Source: Thelocarpon superellum
Taxonomy: Eukaryota
Direction of reading: 5' to 3'
Length of the DNA stretch: 64,000 nucleotides
NCBI GenBank assembly: GCA_026025795.1
Contig: JAPEUG010000004.1
Location: 1 to 64,000 of the forward strand
A program made the translations under genes and the position numbers. Positions 1 through 13,752 of this stretch are shown here, one piece after another. A model generated the notes under the pieces. The model saw only the letters and a program-made list of their open reading frames with translations. It did not search any database and was not told where the DNA came from. How positions within the stretch are numbered: position 1 is the first letter of the stretch; each line of letters opens with the position of its first letter.

Positions 1-1067
1 GACCTTCACCCATGACCTAGGATGGGCGGACCGAGTGCGAGGGGACGGGTGGCTGGAACGATCATGATGGCTTTCAATCTTTGCTGCGATGTTCGGGGGA
101 ACAAGGACACTGGGGATCGGAGCACTTTCGATTGAATTTTCTCCATGGGTCATGGTTGGGTTTCTCTTTCACTCTTACACACTCTCACCCACTCACCACA
201 TGATGAGATTGCGAAAGATGAAGATCCCACTATTACTGCGCTTGTACATTAATCCGGGGGTCGATCGGGAGGTGGGGTTGATGCAGACGGCGACCGAAGG
301 ATCAATCAATCAATCCAATCATGAATGACGCGTCACATTGTGTGTTATTGTGACTATCGACGCGTCGCAGCAGGGCAGGACTATTCATAGAATGTGGCCG
401 GTCGCGGTCGCGGTCGCGCCCCAGTGTGTTCGTGTTCACTGGGAGGAGGTCATGAGACATGAGGTAATTCCGGGTGTGTAGTTGCCTACGTACCCACCTG
501 AGACGTATGGTATGGCATGTACGTATCTACCGGTGGCTGTGGGCAACCCAAGCTCTACTACTCGTACGTATCTACACTTACCTCGACCATTCGTAGGAGT
601 ACGATAGAAGACGATGGATAGATCGATGGACGGATGGACGGATGAATGGATGGACGGATGAATGGATGGAATCGCTATGGAGTTTCGGCTTGAGTAGTCA
701 CCCCGTCTCATTTATCAACGACGACGCGTACCCCTACCGCTACCGTATGGACGCGAGAGAAAGACAGAAGAACGACAAGAACACGCGTGGCCTAGGAGAG
801 GACGGAAAGGAAAAACCGAAACAGGGAATGGGGAATAGAGAGGGTGGCTGGCTGACGCTTCCTTTTACCCTACCCAACGGGGATCTGGTTGTCCACCTCT
901 CGTCTGATCTCATCTCATCGCATCTTCATTGTCGACCGGACTCGACGCACTGGTGGGATTGGCGGATGGATTGACGGAGTAACCGCAACAGTTTGTCCCA
1001 TGAGTCATGCCTTACGTCCTTCCGCTCGCGCTGGCCCAACCCCAACGTGAAATGCAGGGGTAGGAGT

Positions 1068-4000
1068 CTAAACGGCAGAGTACTTCCCACTGACGAGTCT
1101 CCTGGTCGTCGGCACCGAGATCCACGTGGCGGGGGTGGTGGCGGAGTCGGTGTCTGCGAACGGATCCGTTCCCTGAGCCGTCGCCGCGGAAGCCAAAGGG
1201 CCAGTCGACGCGTTAGTGGTAGCCTGCTGGCTGATTTCGAGACTACTGCCGAGCGTCGCCGGGCCAGAGGCGGCGGCGGCGGCGGCGGCGGACTCGTCGC
1301 CGTTGATTTCCCACCGGGCCTCCGCGGCGCCCGGTTTGGCCTCGGACTCGGTGGTGAAGCGGGCCAGGACCTTGGTGGGCGCCGCGCCGGGCTCGAGCGT
1401 GAGGTCGCCCAGGCGCCAGTAGATCAGGCCGCGTTCTTTGGAAAAGGTGCCGACGGGCTTGGATTGGCATGCCGACGGCTTGGCGCCGTCGAGGGAGACC
1501 AGCACGCTGACGTTGCGGAGCGTGAGGTGCCGGCGTTGCCCCAGCGCAAAGGTGGGATTGAGCGCGTAGGATAAGATGACCGAGGCTTGCTTCGCTTCGA
1601 TCTTCCACGCTGGCATCAGCGTCAGCGGCGCGTGCACCCCAACGGTCGCCTCGTCCAGGTGCACCTGGTACTTGAAGGCGATAGAGGTCCGCGTGATGCT
1701 GGGCAGGCTGACGTGGTATTCGCCTGACCGGTCGGCCAGCTGCGTGATGAAGGTCGGGTTGGGCGCGACTTTCTCGAGCACGGGGAAGTTCTCAAGCCGG
1801 ATGGCTTGCGTGTTGGGGGGTGAGGTGGCGGTGGCGGTGGCCGTGGCGGTGGTAGTGGTGGATGATGCGGTGGCGTCTGGGGCGTTGTAGGCCAGCGCCA
1901 TTTCGCCAATCACGACGGCTTTGCTGATCTGACCATGCTCGAACCACGCGCTGACTGTCTCCACAATGGACGTGTTGAGGCCGGGCTGATGCATGTCGGG
2001 GTGCTTGACCGCGATGTTGGCCAGGCTGGAGAGAGAGCGAGACGAGTGTACCGACTGGGCGTCGGATGCCAGGCCCTCCTCGGACGTGAGCGTCGTCGCT
2101 CTGGTGACCTTGGGAGGTGATGCCTGTGTCTGAGCCGGGAGACCCTCTCCCGCGAGGATATCGGGCGCTTGTCCCGACGGGATGAAGATGGTGTTTCGCA
2201 CGTCTCGCCGACCGCGTACCGTCCCCGTTCGACGCGCCGGTGCTGCCTGCGCGCGTAACGTGCTGGCCACGTTGGCCAGCGCCGTCTCTGCGTCATTAAT
2301 CTCTTCCCTGATGGGGTTCTCTCGAATGTCGAGCTTGAACTGGGGCTGAGCGTCGTCGGGGATGGCTTCTTGCTCTGCCTGCGAGATGGGGTTGTTACTC
2401 GACGTGGGAATGGTGAAGCCGTCGGCGTCGCGTTGGATCTGTGTCTGTGCTTGCGGCGACGACTGCTCGGGTTTCTTGGGATCCTGTTCTGATCAGCTTC
2501 GACCATTCAAGCGCTCAGGGGCTCGTACTGTCGTGGACGCCTCTGGGATATTGAATGGGATGCTGGTGAGATCATGTTGAAGATGCGGGGCCTCGCTGGG
2601 CCCGGTGCCATTCGTCTCCTTGCCGTTCGAGGCTGGGGATGAGGGATTCGAGAGGCCAGCATATCCATTCGACTGATCGCGTGACCGACGACGCGAGCGT
2701 GAGCGTTGCGCGGCCGGTGACGAGTCCAGCTCGCGCGGGGAAAGCCCCTGCTCCCGTCGCGACGTCGACGTCAGACTTGGGGTCGACTCCTCGGGCAAGG
2801 GGAGCGGCGGCACATCTCGGTCGGCTCGGCCAAAGCCTCCAAAGAGCTTGGTGGAGCGGCGGCCCGGCGACGGCGCTCGTCCATATGTACTCTGACGTCG
2901 CTTTCCGATCACGGTGCCTAGTCGCTTCAAGCCACTGAAGCGCTCGGACTGTGATGCTTCGTGCACTGGACGATGTAATTAGCCGGCCGTCGACGGTCAC
3001 GATGATGGTGCCCCACGTACCGTAGCCTGAATCCATCGCATCCGCCGTGTCGGCCGATTGTTGACTCCTCGTCTCCTCGCTGCCCAGCGTCGGGACTGGG
3101 GGCGCCAACGCGGGTCCTCCAAGGGTGCTTCCTCCCAGCGTGTTGCTTCTCGTCCGATCGATTCGCGGCTTGCTAGCGACGGCGCGCGCGGCAAAGGCGC
3201 GAATCTCGACGGCCGTCTCGACATTGAGCAAGGCATTGAGACAGCCCTCGGCGGTGACGCGGTTCCGCTCGACCTGGTCGACCTCATGGGTCTGGAGTTG
3301 GGTGAGGACGTCGCGGAGGTGGTTAAGGCGCGTCTCATCTGCGGCCTGCAGGCTCTCGAAGACAAAGGGAGCTTGCGACTCCCACGAGGAGTTGGCGCCC
3401 TCGACCTCGGCCGTGGCAGCGGCCACCTTCCCGGCCGCGGCCTTGGCGCCCTTCCGCTTCAGCTTGTCGGCCTTGTCCTGAGCACTCTCAATGTCTTTGG
3501 CGATGGCGCCGAGGTTGCCTTGAATGGTGGTCAAGGCCTGCATCTCGCGGTTCTTGGTGGCAAACTCTCGCAACGGCCGCTCCACGTCGACCTCGATCTT
3601 GGCGGCGAGCACTTGGTGCGACTGCGCCAGCGAGTCGGTCGAGCTGACGATCTTCTGCCATGGCGTCTTGAAGATGCTGCGGTCGGTCAGCCTCTGTCCA
3701 ACGGTGCGGGCGCGGGCGCGGGCGCAAGCGCGGGCGCGAGGAATGAGGGGTCATACCCGAGCTCGGACGAGTCGTCGGGAGGTTGCTTGCGCGCGAGCTT
3801 CTTCAATCCTTGCACGTAGATTTCTTCCACCCGTCGGCGTTCCTGTGGTCCGGTCCGTCAGCACGGACGATTCGGAGATGGGACGTGAGGCCACAGTACC
3901 TGCAGCCAGTCGGCCACCTCGGCGTTGATTCTTCCTATCCGCTTGATCCGCTCATTGAGCACGACGATGGCTTGCGCGGGTTGTAATGATGCCTGATGGC

Positions 4001-4102
4001 TGGTTAATCATGGTGCGCGGCGGACGAGAGGATGCGACGGTGACGGTGAGCGACACCTACCAAGATGGCGGGATATTCCTGTCGCGATAGGTCGATGGCC
4101 AT
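1068..4102 (-). CDS. SYP1: Muniscin (F-BAR + C-terminal mu-homology domain) endocytic adaptor, SYP1/FCHo-like; multi-exon
   Basis: Exon 1 reads MAIDLSRQEYPAIL before a GTAGGT donor. F-BAR-like helical region (WESQAPFVFESLQAADETRLNHLRDVLTQ). C-terminal muniscin domain (GLNTSIVETVSAWF, IRLENFPVLEKVAPNP, CQSKPVGTFSKE, RRLVSGKY). Confidence 0.9.
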
Positions 4103-5024
4103 GATGACTCTCTCATCGGCAGTGGTTGGCGAGGCAAGGGGATGGGGAAGGACTGGGCCTCGTCCGCTTCACGAATGACAGAGCGGAGAATGAGCAGAGC
4201 GATCCCCGGGTGGCGACGTCGTCGCGTCCGCGGTCGCAGTGGCAGTGGCAGTGGCAGTGGCAGTGGCCGGCGCCAGGCAAAAGGAATGGTATATGGATTG
4301 CGCAGGTAAGCAGGTCCTATCCGGCTTCCGATGCATAAGTCCAAGTCACGCCGTCGCCGCTCACAGGAACTCAAGTCCGTGTGGTCCTGGTACAGTGAGC
4401 GCGAGTACTCGCACGCACCACGGCGCCTGTTGTTAACTAGCCACGGGCTAGAGCACCCAGCTTCTCCGGACGCGTACGAGTACGGTGTTCGAAGTTAAGG
4501 ACGAGCTTAAGCATGAGTACTCGTACTCGGACAAGCTCCAAGCCTCGTGGACGGTGCCGTCTAGGTCCTTCGCTTCTTCGCTTCTTCGCTTCTTCGCTTC
4601 TCCGCCTCACACGCTCAAAGCAGCGCCTAACGGCAAGCCCGGCGTCGATCCGTCGTTACCGGACGGTGGTCATGCTCGCGAATGCGTCGAGAGTCGACAT
4701 ACTAGGCTCATGAGTGATGTAGGTGACGGGAGCTCAAGGCATGAGGCATGGAAGCAACGTGATGGGAGCGTGATCCTTGGCTGAAGTCTCTCGGTCGGGT
4801 ATGATATCCCCTCGCTCTCGTCTCGTCTCTTCTCGTCTGTTCTCGTCTCTTCTCGCATACGCGAGGGACGTCGGACGCGGAGTGGCCTGTGAGCTGCCAT
4901 CCTCTCTTTGCTCCACCTGATCCTTTGTACCGGAGGACGAGTGCGAGTTCGATTGAGCACTCCGTCGGCCGTCAGCCGTCAGGGAGTACTCTGCACGGAT
5001 GACCCTTTTCTGTGCCCATCCACC

Positions 5025-6587
5025 ATGTCATCTCCTTCTCGCTCGGCGTGGAAGTCGACGCTTGGCTTTGGAGACCGGCTCTCGTCGCTAACGCAGATGC
5101 AAGTCTCTACTTTCTCTCCACCCTTGCGCATCTCTTCCCCTCGTCCTGTCGGCCAATCGTCTCTGATTCAATGGAGGCTTACGGCTCCCCGCATGTAGTA
5201 CCAAGGCGTACCAGCTCGCATATTCGTCGAGTAGTGCATCGCACGCCCACGATGAGGCCAAAGGCATCGAGAATGATGTGTATGACCGGGCAGGCTCACG
5301 CGTGCGTGCCCGCGGAATACCTCGACCTTGTATGGTTGTCTCGAGCGCTGATGGTAGGACAGCAAGAGTACGATCAGTTTTGCGTGCAAATTGTCCAAGA
5401 GCTGTCGTCGAAGATCTCTCGGGTGTCCAGCCCAGACCCACAAGCAGACGTGTCCATCGATGATAGTCCGCTGCCCGTTGGAATCACCCTGGGGCCCTAC
5501 CATCAGGCTCTGCACCATGCTGACGGCCTCTTTTCCACCGTATACAAGGCATCCGATGCCGCAGGTCACGTTGTAGCCTTGAAAGTGACCACGCCTGCGG
5601 CCATGGCACCCCCGCACAACGCCGCCCGTGAAGCCCGGATCCTACGAACGACATCCGATCCTCACGTCATCACGCTCATGGAGACGTTCAATCTGGCCGG
5701 CGGCCGCTTTGCCCTCGTCTTTCCCTTCATGCCTTACGATCTCGAGCAAGTGCTCCAACAGCACCTCGTCTCAACCTCGCAAGTCATCTCGCACCTCTAT
5801 GACCTGTTCAGCGCACTCGAGCATCTCCACAGCCAGGGGATGATCCACCGTGACATCAAGCCAGCCAACCTGCTCTTGCGCTCTCCTTCGGGACCGGCCT
5901 TCCTCGCCGACTTTGGCATCGCGTGGAGCCCGCACGACGCCGAGTCGGAAGCGGCCGCGTCCAAGATCACCGACGTGGGCACGACGTCGTACCGGCCCCC
6001 CGAGCTGCTATTCGGCCACGCCGCCTACGACACCACGCTGGATCTCTGGGCCGCGGGCTGTGTGGCTGCGGAGGCGCTGGGCCCGACGCACCGGCCGCTA
6101 TTCGACTCGGGCCCGCTGGGCAGCGAGCTGGCGCTGATCCAATCCATCTTTGGCGCTCTGGGGACGCCGACGCTGGATGAATGGCCGGTAAGGCGGTTTT
6201 CTTGTTTGTTCTTGCGCTGCTCGCCTCCTCTGTGTGTATTGTAGTGTCCTGCAAAGCTGATGGGATGCGCCGTGTAGGAAGCCGCCCGCTTTCCGGACTG
6301 GGGCAAGATGCAATTTCACCCGTTCCCGCCGCGGCCGTGGTCGGTCTTGCTCCCTGATGCGACTGACGACGCACGGGACCTGGTGAGAAGATTGGTGCGA
6401 TACGAGAGCTCTTCGCGCATGACGGCCGCGGAGGTGAGCGCCTGAGCCGACAGCACCCAGCACCCAGCAACCTGGACAGTGCGTATCGCGCAGAGTTACT
6501 GACGACCCATCTATCCAGGCACGGTGTCACCGGCTCTTTGAGCACTACGGAGCATCGTTGAATATCTCAAACTCGGGTGAAGGATGA
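5025..6587 (+). CDS. CMGC/CDK-like Ser/Thr kinase, Csk1/CAK1-like, with N-terminal helical extension; multi-exon
   Basis: Kinase motifs VALK, HRDIKPANLL, DFG, DVGTTSYRPPELLFG, DLWAAGC. Manual splice model: exons 5025-5098, 5199-5301, 5363-~6187, plus two short 3' exons ending at TGA 6585-6587. Confidence 0.8.
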
Positions 6588-6710
6588 CGATACCAGAGAT
6601 GGCGGAGGTGGGATTGAGATTGCAGACGATGAAGATGGCAAGGGAGCGGACAGATGTACATGGAGATCGCGGAGATGAACTGAAATGAAACGACAACCGT
6701 GTGGCATCGA

Positions 6711-8975
6711 TTACATGCGAGCGGCGCGCGTCGTGCGCTCGTAAAACTCCAAGGTCATGGCGGCCAAGAAACACGGAATCTCCTTGCGCTCCTCGACCCA
6801 GAAGCGAATCAGATCCTTGATCTCACGACGGAAGGCGCTGTCCGGGCCGCCCGACACCTTCATGGTGCCCTGTTCGCCGTCGAAGACGATACTGTTGGCC
6901 TCGCCGTCCGCCCCCCCGTCGCCGTCGCCGCCTGGGTAGAACATGGAGGTCATGCGCACGCGGCCGTTGGGCATAAAGTCCATCTTGAAGCCGAGGATGG
7001 AGGCCACGGCCTCGCGGAACTCGAGCGATTTGGCCGACCAGATCTGCTTCAAGCGCGCCATGCGTTTTTCTTTGTCCGCCACCACCTTCTCCATCTCCTG
7101 TAGGTCGCGCCGTGCATTCTCCAAAGTCGAGATCGGGACCACTTTCGTCGTGAGTTGGCCCTCGACTTGTGCCAATAGCGCCGCGTTCTCCGTCTTCAGC
7201 GCCTCCAGCGTGGACGTCTTGATCGCTACTGCATCCGCTGTGGGGTTCGACCGCAGCTCGAGGATCCGTGTCCGGCTCGTGGCCTGCAGCGACGTCACCT
7301 GTCCGCTGGCCACCTCTAGGTCCTTCTGTAGGAGGCTGTTGGACTGCTGTAGTTTGGAAATCTCTGTGGATGTGTTAGTGGATGAGGGCGGTGTTGTGGC
7401 GCCGACGAGAACTGACCGCTTTGCAGCTTGCGATTCTTGCGCGAGAGCTGTCCCAGTCGCTCGTCGGGCTCTTCGTCGTCCCGCGCCCGCTTGGCTCCGG
7501 TCGGATCCACGGGTGGCTGGTGCTCCCGCTTCACGAGCTCGTCGTTCAGCGTCTGCAGCTCCTGCCGGTACTGGTCGACCAGGCCCTCGAGCGCCTCGAT
7601 GCGCTGCGTCTTTTGTTCGTCGAAATTCTCGGGCTGGAAGGTCGTCTCTTCAACGTCAAACGTTTTCTGGCCTCGTCAGTCGACTGGCTCCCTCGTGGAA
7701 GCCGGTGCGTCACGTACCAATTGGGCGCGCAGGTATTGCACCTCCTTTTCGGCGAGCGTGCGCTGTCGCTCCAGGCGCGTCCGAGCCTTGGAGTCCCCGT
7801 GGCCGCCGGCCCTCAACTTCTCAGCCTCGCGCTGCAGCCGGTCCTTGTCCGCCTCGAGACTCTTGATGATGTCCTCCTTCTCCGCCATCTCGGGATCGAC
7901 GTTCCCCATCTTCTCCACCAGGGCCGCCTTCTCCAGCCGTTCTTGGATCAGCGCCTTGGCGAGCGCTTCGGGCGTGGTGACGTCGTCGAAGCCATTGACG
8001 GATCCTTCGTGTAGTAGATAAGTCGTCCACGATTTCTTCTCGTCCTCGAGGATCTGTCGCTGGAGACGTGCCTCGGCCAGCTCGCGCTGCAGGTCGTCCA
8101 TGCCCCGTAGTTTGCCCTCGAGCACCCGCTTCTCCTCCTCCACCACCTCGACGCCTCTGTGGTGCTTCCGAAAGCGTTTGAGCTCCGTAAGCTGATCGCG
8201 ATTGGCCGCCTCGAGTTTCTTGATGTGCGCCACCTGCTCGGAGAGCTCGTGCTTGATGACGTTGAGGGTGTCGACGTCGCCCGTCTGGGCCTTGAGGCGC
8301 AGCAGCTCGCTCTCGAGTTGTCCGACTTGGTCGTCCCGTTGCGACAGGGTATGCTGGGCGGCCTGCAGGTCGGCCAGATTCTCGCTGAGGCTATCACGCA
8401 GCTCTTTGGCCGTGCGCTGGACTGTGTTGCAGCGCGTCTCGAGTTCGTGGACTTGATGCTTCAGCTGCCGTTCCTGCGCGGCGTGCTCGGCCTCGGCCTC
8501 CTCCTTTTCCTCCTGGGCCGCTTGGTTCCGTTCCTGCGCTAGGCGGAGCTTCTGCTCCAGGTCGGCCTGGACGCCGAGGGCCTGGTCCTGGGCCGCCTTG
8601 AGCTCCCGGGCCAAGGTGTCGTATCGGTGGGAGGCCACATGGCTGTCCGACTCCGAGGCCTGGGCGCGCTTGAAGTCGGCCTCGCCCTTTTTCTGTACCT
8701 CGCGCAGCTCCTTCTCGTGTCGGAGCTCGACCAGTTCCCGTTCCTGCTTGAAGGTCGACAGCTCGTACTGCAGCGCCTTGACCTGGGCCCGGAGATCTTC
8801 ATTGCCGTGATCTGTGACCACGTCAGCGAGTGTGCAAAGAGATGACGGGCCGCGACCGACCTGCTCTGACACCTCGCGACTGCCTTAAGGTGGTCTGCTG
8901 GGCGGCTGGTGGACTTGCACCTCCTGTGAGGAAGTCGTACGTTGGCTGGGTATTGGTATTCCTACTGAGCGCCAT
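6711..8975 (-). CDS. MAD1: Spindle assembly checkpoint protein Mad1; multi-exon
   Basis: Long coiled coil (KARTRLERQRTLAEKEVQYLRAQL) and Mad1 C-terminus (RILELRSNP, RLKQIWSAKSLEFREAVASILGFKMDF, IPCFLAAMTLEFYE). Start inferred at MALSRNTNTQPTYDFLTG. Confidence 0.9.
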
Positions 8976-9155
8976 CCGGTTGGAGCAATTGTCGACCCGA
9001 GCGAGGGTCGATCCGGTGGCGAGACTGTTCAGCAAGGGAAGTATCTATAGTCAAACATGACTCCCTTGATGCCGTGTACAAGTAGACGTCTGCTATCGAC
9101 AGATGCCCTTTGAGGTATTGGGGTCAATCGAAGTTGTGAGTTGGTGGTGAATCGC

Positions 9156-9219
9156 ACGCGTCGATTGTTTGGCACGACGCGATCCCCCCCCACTAAAGAA
9201 CTACACCAGGTCGACGCGT
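9156..9219. promoter_or_regulatory. Cluster of MCB-like elements upstream of MAD1
   Basis: ACGCGT at 9156-9161 and 9214-9219 and ACGCGA at 9177-9182, about 200 bp upstream of the inferred start. The motif is common in GC-rich DNA. Confidence 0.35.
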
Positions 9220-9475
9220 ATGGTGCGAGTAGGTCCTCAACAAGCCCGCACTTTCATGCTCATGTTATATGGCCCACGAGACTCATTCATCTTCCAGGTT
9301 AGAAGAACATTCTGCCAGACGTAGAAGTATTACCGGACGCTTTCACGGTGTCCACTGGCTTCTTGCTTTCTGCTAAGAGCTACGGATTACGATTTCTGTT
9401 CTGGCAACATCACCACATTAAGCGGCACATTGTGGGATGAAAGTCATTGCTTGACCTCATATGCCAGTAACCTCT

Positions 9476-10613
9476 TCAACTTCGAAGAAATTGATTGCTA
9501 TAACGTCCGCCGACACCCTTTTCCCATCCCGGTCGGACGTCGGAGTTAGATCGCGACGAGTGACGAGGCCTCATCCGATGTCGCTCGTGATCGTTGCGAT
9601 CGGATCGCGACCGACGTGGATCCTTTCCATCCCCTGGACTCCGACTCCGGTTCCGGCTTCGGCTCCGACTGCGACGACGACGACGATGGCCAATTCGCCG
9701 TCGCTCAAGGTCAGACTCCTCAAGTTTCAAGTCATCGACGTCATCGTCCGGACGTCGAGCGGTCCGCCTAGGTCGGTGTGATCGCCGCTCTTTTCGGCGA
9801 AGCTCATCCATCTCTCGTTCCCGCTCTTCCGCCCACTTCTTCCGCTCCGCCTCGACCTTGCGCAGGTCCTTTACGCCTCGGCGCATGCTCGCCAATGGGT
9901 CGCTGGAGCTGATCCGCGCACGCTCCCGTTCCTTACGGCCCGGGTCTTCATTGCCCCACACGTTGCGACCGACTTCCTCGGCGACGTCTTCTTTGGCAGA
10001 TCCCGCCGCAGAGGAGTACCAAGGCACGCCTAGTCCCTGCTGGAAGCCCGCCGCGTTGGATAAACGCATCGTGTATTGATCCTCATACTCGCGCTTCTTC
10101 TTCGCCGTCTCCGCTTCGGCCTCTGCATTCTTGGCGACGTGCGCCCGCGAGCCTTCTTCCGGAAAGAGGTTAATGTGCCCATTTCGGTCCGTCAGCGGCG
10201 CGTTGCTCGATGCCTTGCGCGCGGAGCTGACGGTGTCGGCGTTTGTGGTTCGGAGCTGACTCGAATTGTTCCGGGCCAGCCGAATGTCCCGCTCGGTATC
10301 GTCTTCGCCTGCCATCCGCCTCCGCTTCCGCTCCGGGCGGAGTTCCGCCGCCACGCTCGGCACATCTTCAACGGGAGTGCTCACGGTGGGTGGATCAACA
10401 TGCACCCCTCGTAGCAGCTGGATGCGTCGCTCAGCATCGACCTCTTGCATGCGCTGCTCCTCAGCCTCCTCTCGGGCCTTTGCCTCGGCTTCATCTCGCC
10501 GGACTTTGGCGACGTTATCGGCGTTGTAGACATTCCACGACTTCTTGCCAAGGAGGTGACTAGTGACTCGTTAGCCCGTAGAATTTGAAGAAGAATATAA
10601 CTTACAGCGGCAT
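9476..10613 (-). CDS. CIR N-terminal domain (CBF1-interacting corepressor)/LENG1-like protein with RS-rich tail
   Basis: Short exon MPL, an intron, then HLLGKKSWNVYNADNVAKVRRDEAEAKAREE; also GHINLF, DPLASMRRG, an RSRSRS tract and GGRYSNQF at the end. Confidence 0.8.
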
Positions 10614-11024
10614 CTTGCCCGATCACTCCGTGCAACGTACAATGGGCGATGGAAGGTTGTTCAGTGGAAGGGAAGAGCCCAGCAATCGGTCAGATATGAC
10701 AAAACGCATGACACCGGCAAGTTCCGCGTAAGACTGAGCAGGTGCCAGTCTTACGTGGGATCCGGCACGACCTTGGGATGGCCCCCGAGATTGAAAGGAG
10801 CTCCCCTCGATCTATATCGGATTCGAGGAATCGGTCAGCATCGTTCAAATAGCTGATACTGGGGTCACTGCCTCTGCAGAAGAGTCGTGCGGAAGATTAT
10901 CACTCGTGTAAGCCCAATAGCTGCAGGCAGCACTTGAACCTAGAGCTTCATCTCTCGTTCTTTCCGCCACCTGTCCCTCCCTTCATCCCTCACCGCAGCG
11001 CAGGCGTCATCAATTTCCTCTACG

Positions 11025-13752
11025 ATGTTCAACCGGAATAACCTTCCATCGGTTCCGAATCCATTCGGGGCCCGTCCCGATGGCTCCGCCCGGCCCTCGC
11101 CCCGAGACGGCTACGAAAATCCACATCCACCCCCGCCGCCCCCGTCCAAGTACGGACACTCGGATCAGCGGATGGGTGGCTACGAGGACTCAAGAGGACC
11201 CTTGTCATCCCACGGCGGGGGACGAGATGCCTTGATGGGCCAGGCACGGGACTATTCCAGTCCCGCGCGAGTTCCCGTCGGTCGATCCGCTCCGCAGTCT
11301 CGCTCAAGCGGCGGGGGGCGAGTATGGCAGCTCCGACCGACCAAGAGCACCATCAACGAATACACTTTTGGCAACCTGTAAGCTGTCGTGTATCGTGCAA
11401 GATGGTTCTCGCTGACCATAGGACGATTCTAGCGTGGCCGTATCGACCCTTGACTTCCCCCCTACGCACGACGGCGCCGACATCTACTTGCTCGTCAACG
11501 AGAATTTCGTCTTCACTGCACGCCCGCGGAACGGCTTTGAACAGGGATACATCAGTCTGTCGGATCCTCAGCGCACGTGGGCGGGCATCAGCTTGCAAGA
11601 TACGGTCACGGCCCAGATCTACGATCCCTTTCACCAAGGCAGCCAGAGCTATCTCGGCGGCTTGGATCTGGAAGTGGGCTTTGCCGGCCGCAAGACGACG
11701 GAGATCCCCTATGATCAAGATGAGCTCGCCAATCACTTCATCCGGGTAAGGCCCCTCGCCGGAGGAAGGGGACAGATGCTGATCGAGGAACAGAATTACG
11801 AGAACCAGCTGTATGCACCAGGGCAGCGACTGCTCATGGACTACAAGAGTATCCCCTTGCTCCTGCTCGTCCGCTCGCTGCAGTTGATCGATCTGCACTC
11901 GGAGAAGCCGGGGGCATCGTCGGCGCCCACTCTCTCGGACCCTCGCGCGCGCGGCATTCTGACGCGGCATACCCCCATCACCTTCTTCAAGGATGCCAAA
12001 TCGCCCATCAAGCTGAAGGGCTCGAGTAAGCGACCGGCGGCCAACTCCATCATCCAACCCAACTTCAAGTTCGAGGACATGGGCATCGGCGGGCTGGACA
12101 CGGAGTTCAGCGCCATCTTCCGTCGTGCCTTCGCCTCACGGATCTTCCCTCCGGGACTGGTGGAAAAGCTGGGGATCCAGCATGTCAAGGGCATCTTGCT
12201 GTTTGGGCCACCGGGAACGGGAAAGACCTTGATCGCGCGCCAGATCGGCAAGATGCTGAACGCGCGGGAGCCCAAGGTCATCAACGGGCCCGAGGTGTTG
12301 AACAAGTACGTCGGTCAGTCAGAGGAGAACATCCGGAAGCTCTTTGCGGATGCAGAAAAGGAGTACAAGGAGAAGGGGGATGAGAGTGGATTGCATATCA
12401 TCATCTTCGACGAGTTGGACGCAGTGTGCAAGCAACGTGGGAGTGGTGCGGGTGGTGGCACGGGCGTAGGAGATTCCGTGGTGAATCAGTTGCTCTCCAA
12501 GGTACGGGGCGCATGCATTCGGTGTGGTCATGATGGCTGACAGGACACAGCTGGACGGTGTGGACCAACTCAATAACATCCTCCTCATCGGCATGACCAA
12601 TCGCATGGACATGATCGATGATGCCCTGCTCCGTCCTGGTCGATTGGAGGTGCATATGGAGATCTCGTTGCCGGACGAGCACGGCCGGGCGCAGATCCTC
12701 AAAATTCACACCTCCAAGATGCGAGACAACAACGTGATGGACTCGGATGTGGATCTGGCGGAACTGGCGCACCTCACCAAGAACTTTTCGGGGGCGGAGA
12801 TTGGTGGGCTGGTCAAGTCGGCCTCGTCGTTTGCCTTCAACCGCCACGTCAAGGTGGGGACGGTGGCGGGCATCAGCGACGACATTGCCAACATGAAGGT
12901 CAATCGCGAGGACTTTCAGAATGCCCTTGAGGAGGTCAAGCCGGCCTTTGGGGTGTCGGAAGAGGAGTTGGCGACGTGCATCCAAGGCGGCATCATCCAT
13001 TTCTCGGCCTTTATCTCCAATATCCTCGACGAGGGGCGTCTCTTCGTGCAGCAGGTGCGCAAATCCGAGTCGACGCCGTTGGTTTCCGTCTTGCTACATG
13101 GTCCGCCGGGCAGTGGAAAGTCGGCGTTGGCGGCCAAGATCGCCATGGACTCGGAGTTTCCTTTCATCAAGTTGGTCAGCCCCGAGGCGATGGTGGGTTA
13201 CGGCGAGATGCAGAAAGTGCAGCATCTGAACAAGGTGTTTATGGACGCATATCGAAGTCCGCTGAATGTGGTGGTGATTGATAACATCGAGCGGATTGTC
13301 GACTGGGTTCCCATTGGACCTCGGTTCAGCAACGCCGTGTTGCAGGCGTTGATGGTATTGCTCCGCAAGCAGCCGCCAAAGGTGAGTGTCCTCATCACGT
13401 CTAGTGGCCTTTCTCATCGTCTTAGGGTCGTCGTCTCTTGATCATCGCCACGACGACGGAACGGTCCGTCTTGACCCAGTTGGACCTGTTCAATTCCTTC
13501 GACGCCGACATTGCCGTTCCCAACGTCAACACTCACTCCGAACTGGCGCACATTCTCCGCGAGAGCCGTGCGTTCAGCGATCACGACCAGGGTCGAGCGA
13601 TTGGCGAGATTCGCGAGTTGACTCGAAGTGAGGAAGTGGGGGTGGGGGTGAAGAAGATTTTGCTGGGCATCGAGACGGCGCGACAGGATGAGGACATGCC
13701 TGGAAGATTTGCGAGTGTCATTGCTCGACAAGTCGCCGAGAGGAGTTATTAG
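11025..13752 (+). CDS. SEC18: Vesicle-fusing AAA ATPase NSF; 5 exons
   Basis: MGIGGLDTEFSAIFRRAFASRIFPP, Walker A GPPGTGKT, IIFDELDAVCKQRGS, GMTNRMDMIDDALLRPGRLEVH, and second AAA motif GPPGSGKS. Introns near 11378, 11746, 12502 and 13382. Confidence 0.97.

Noticed and set aside
1..400. Possible 5' end of a minus-strand gene with upstream ACGCGT motifs (328, 360)
   Set aside because: Too little coding sequence in the window to identify it.
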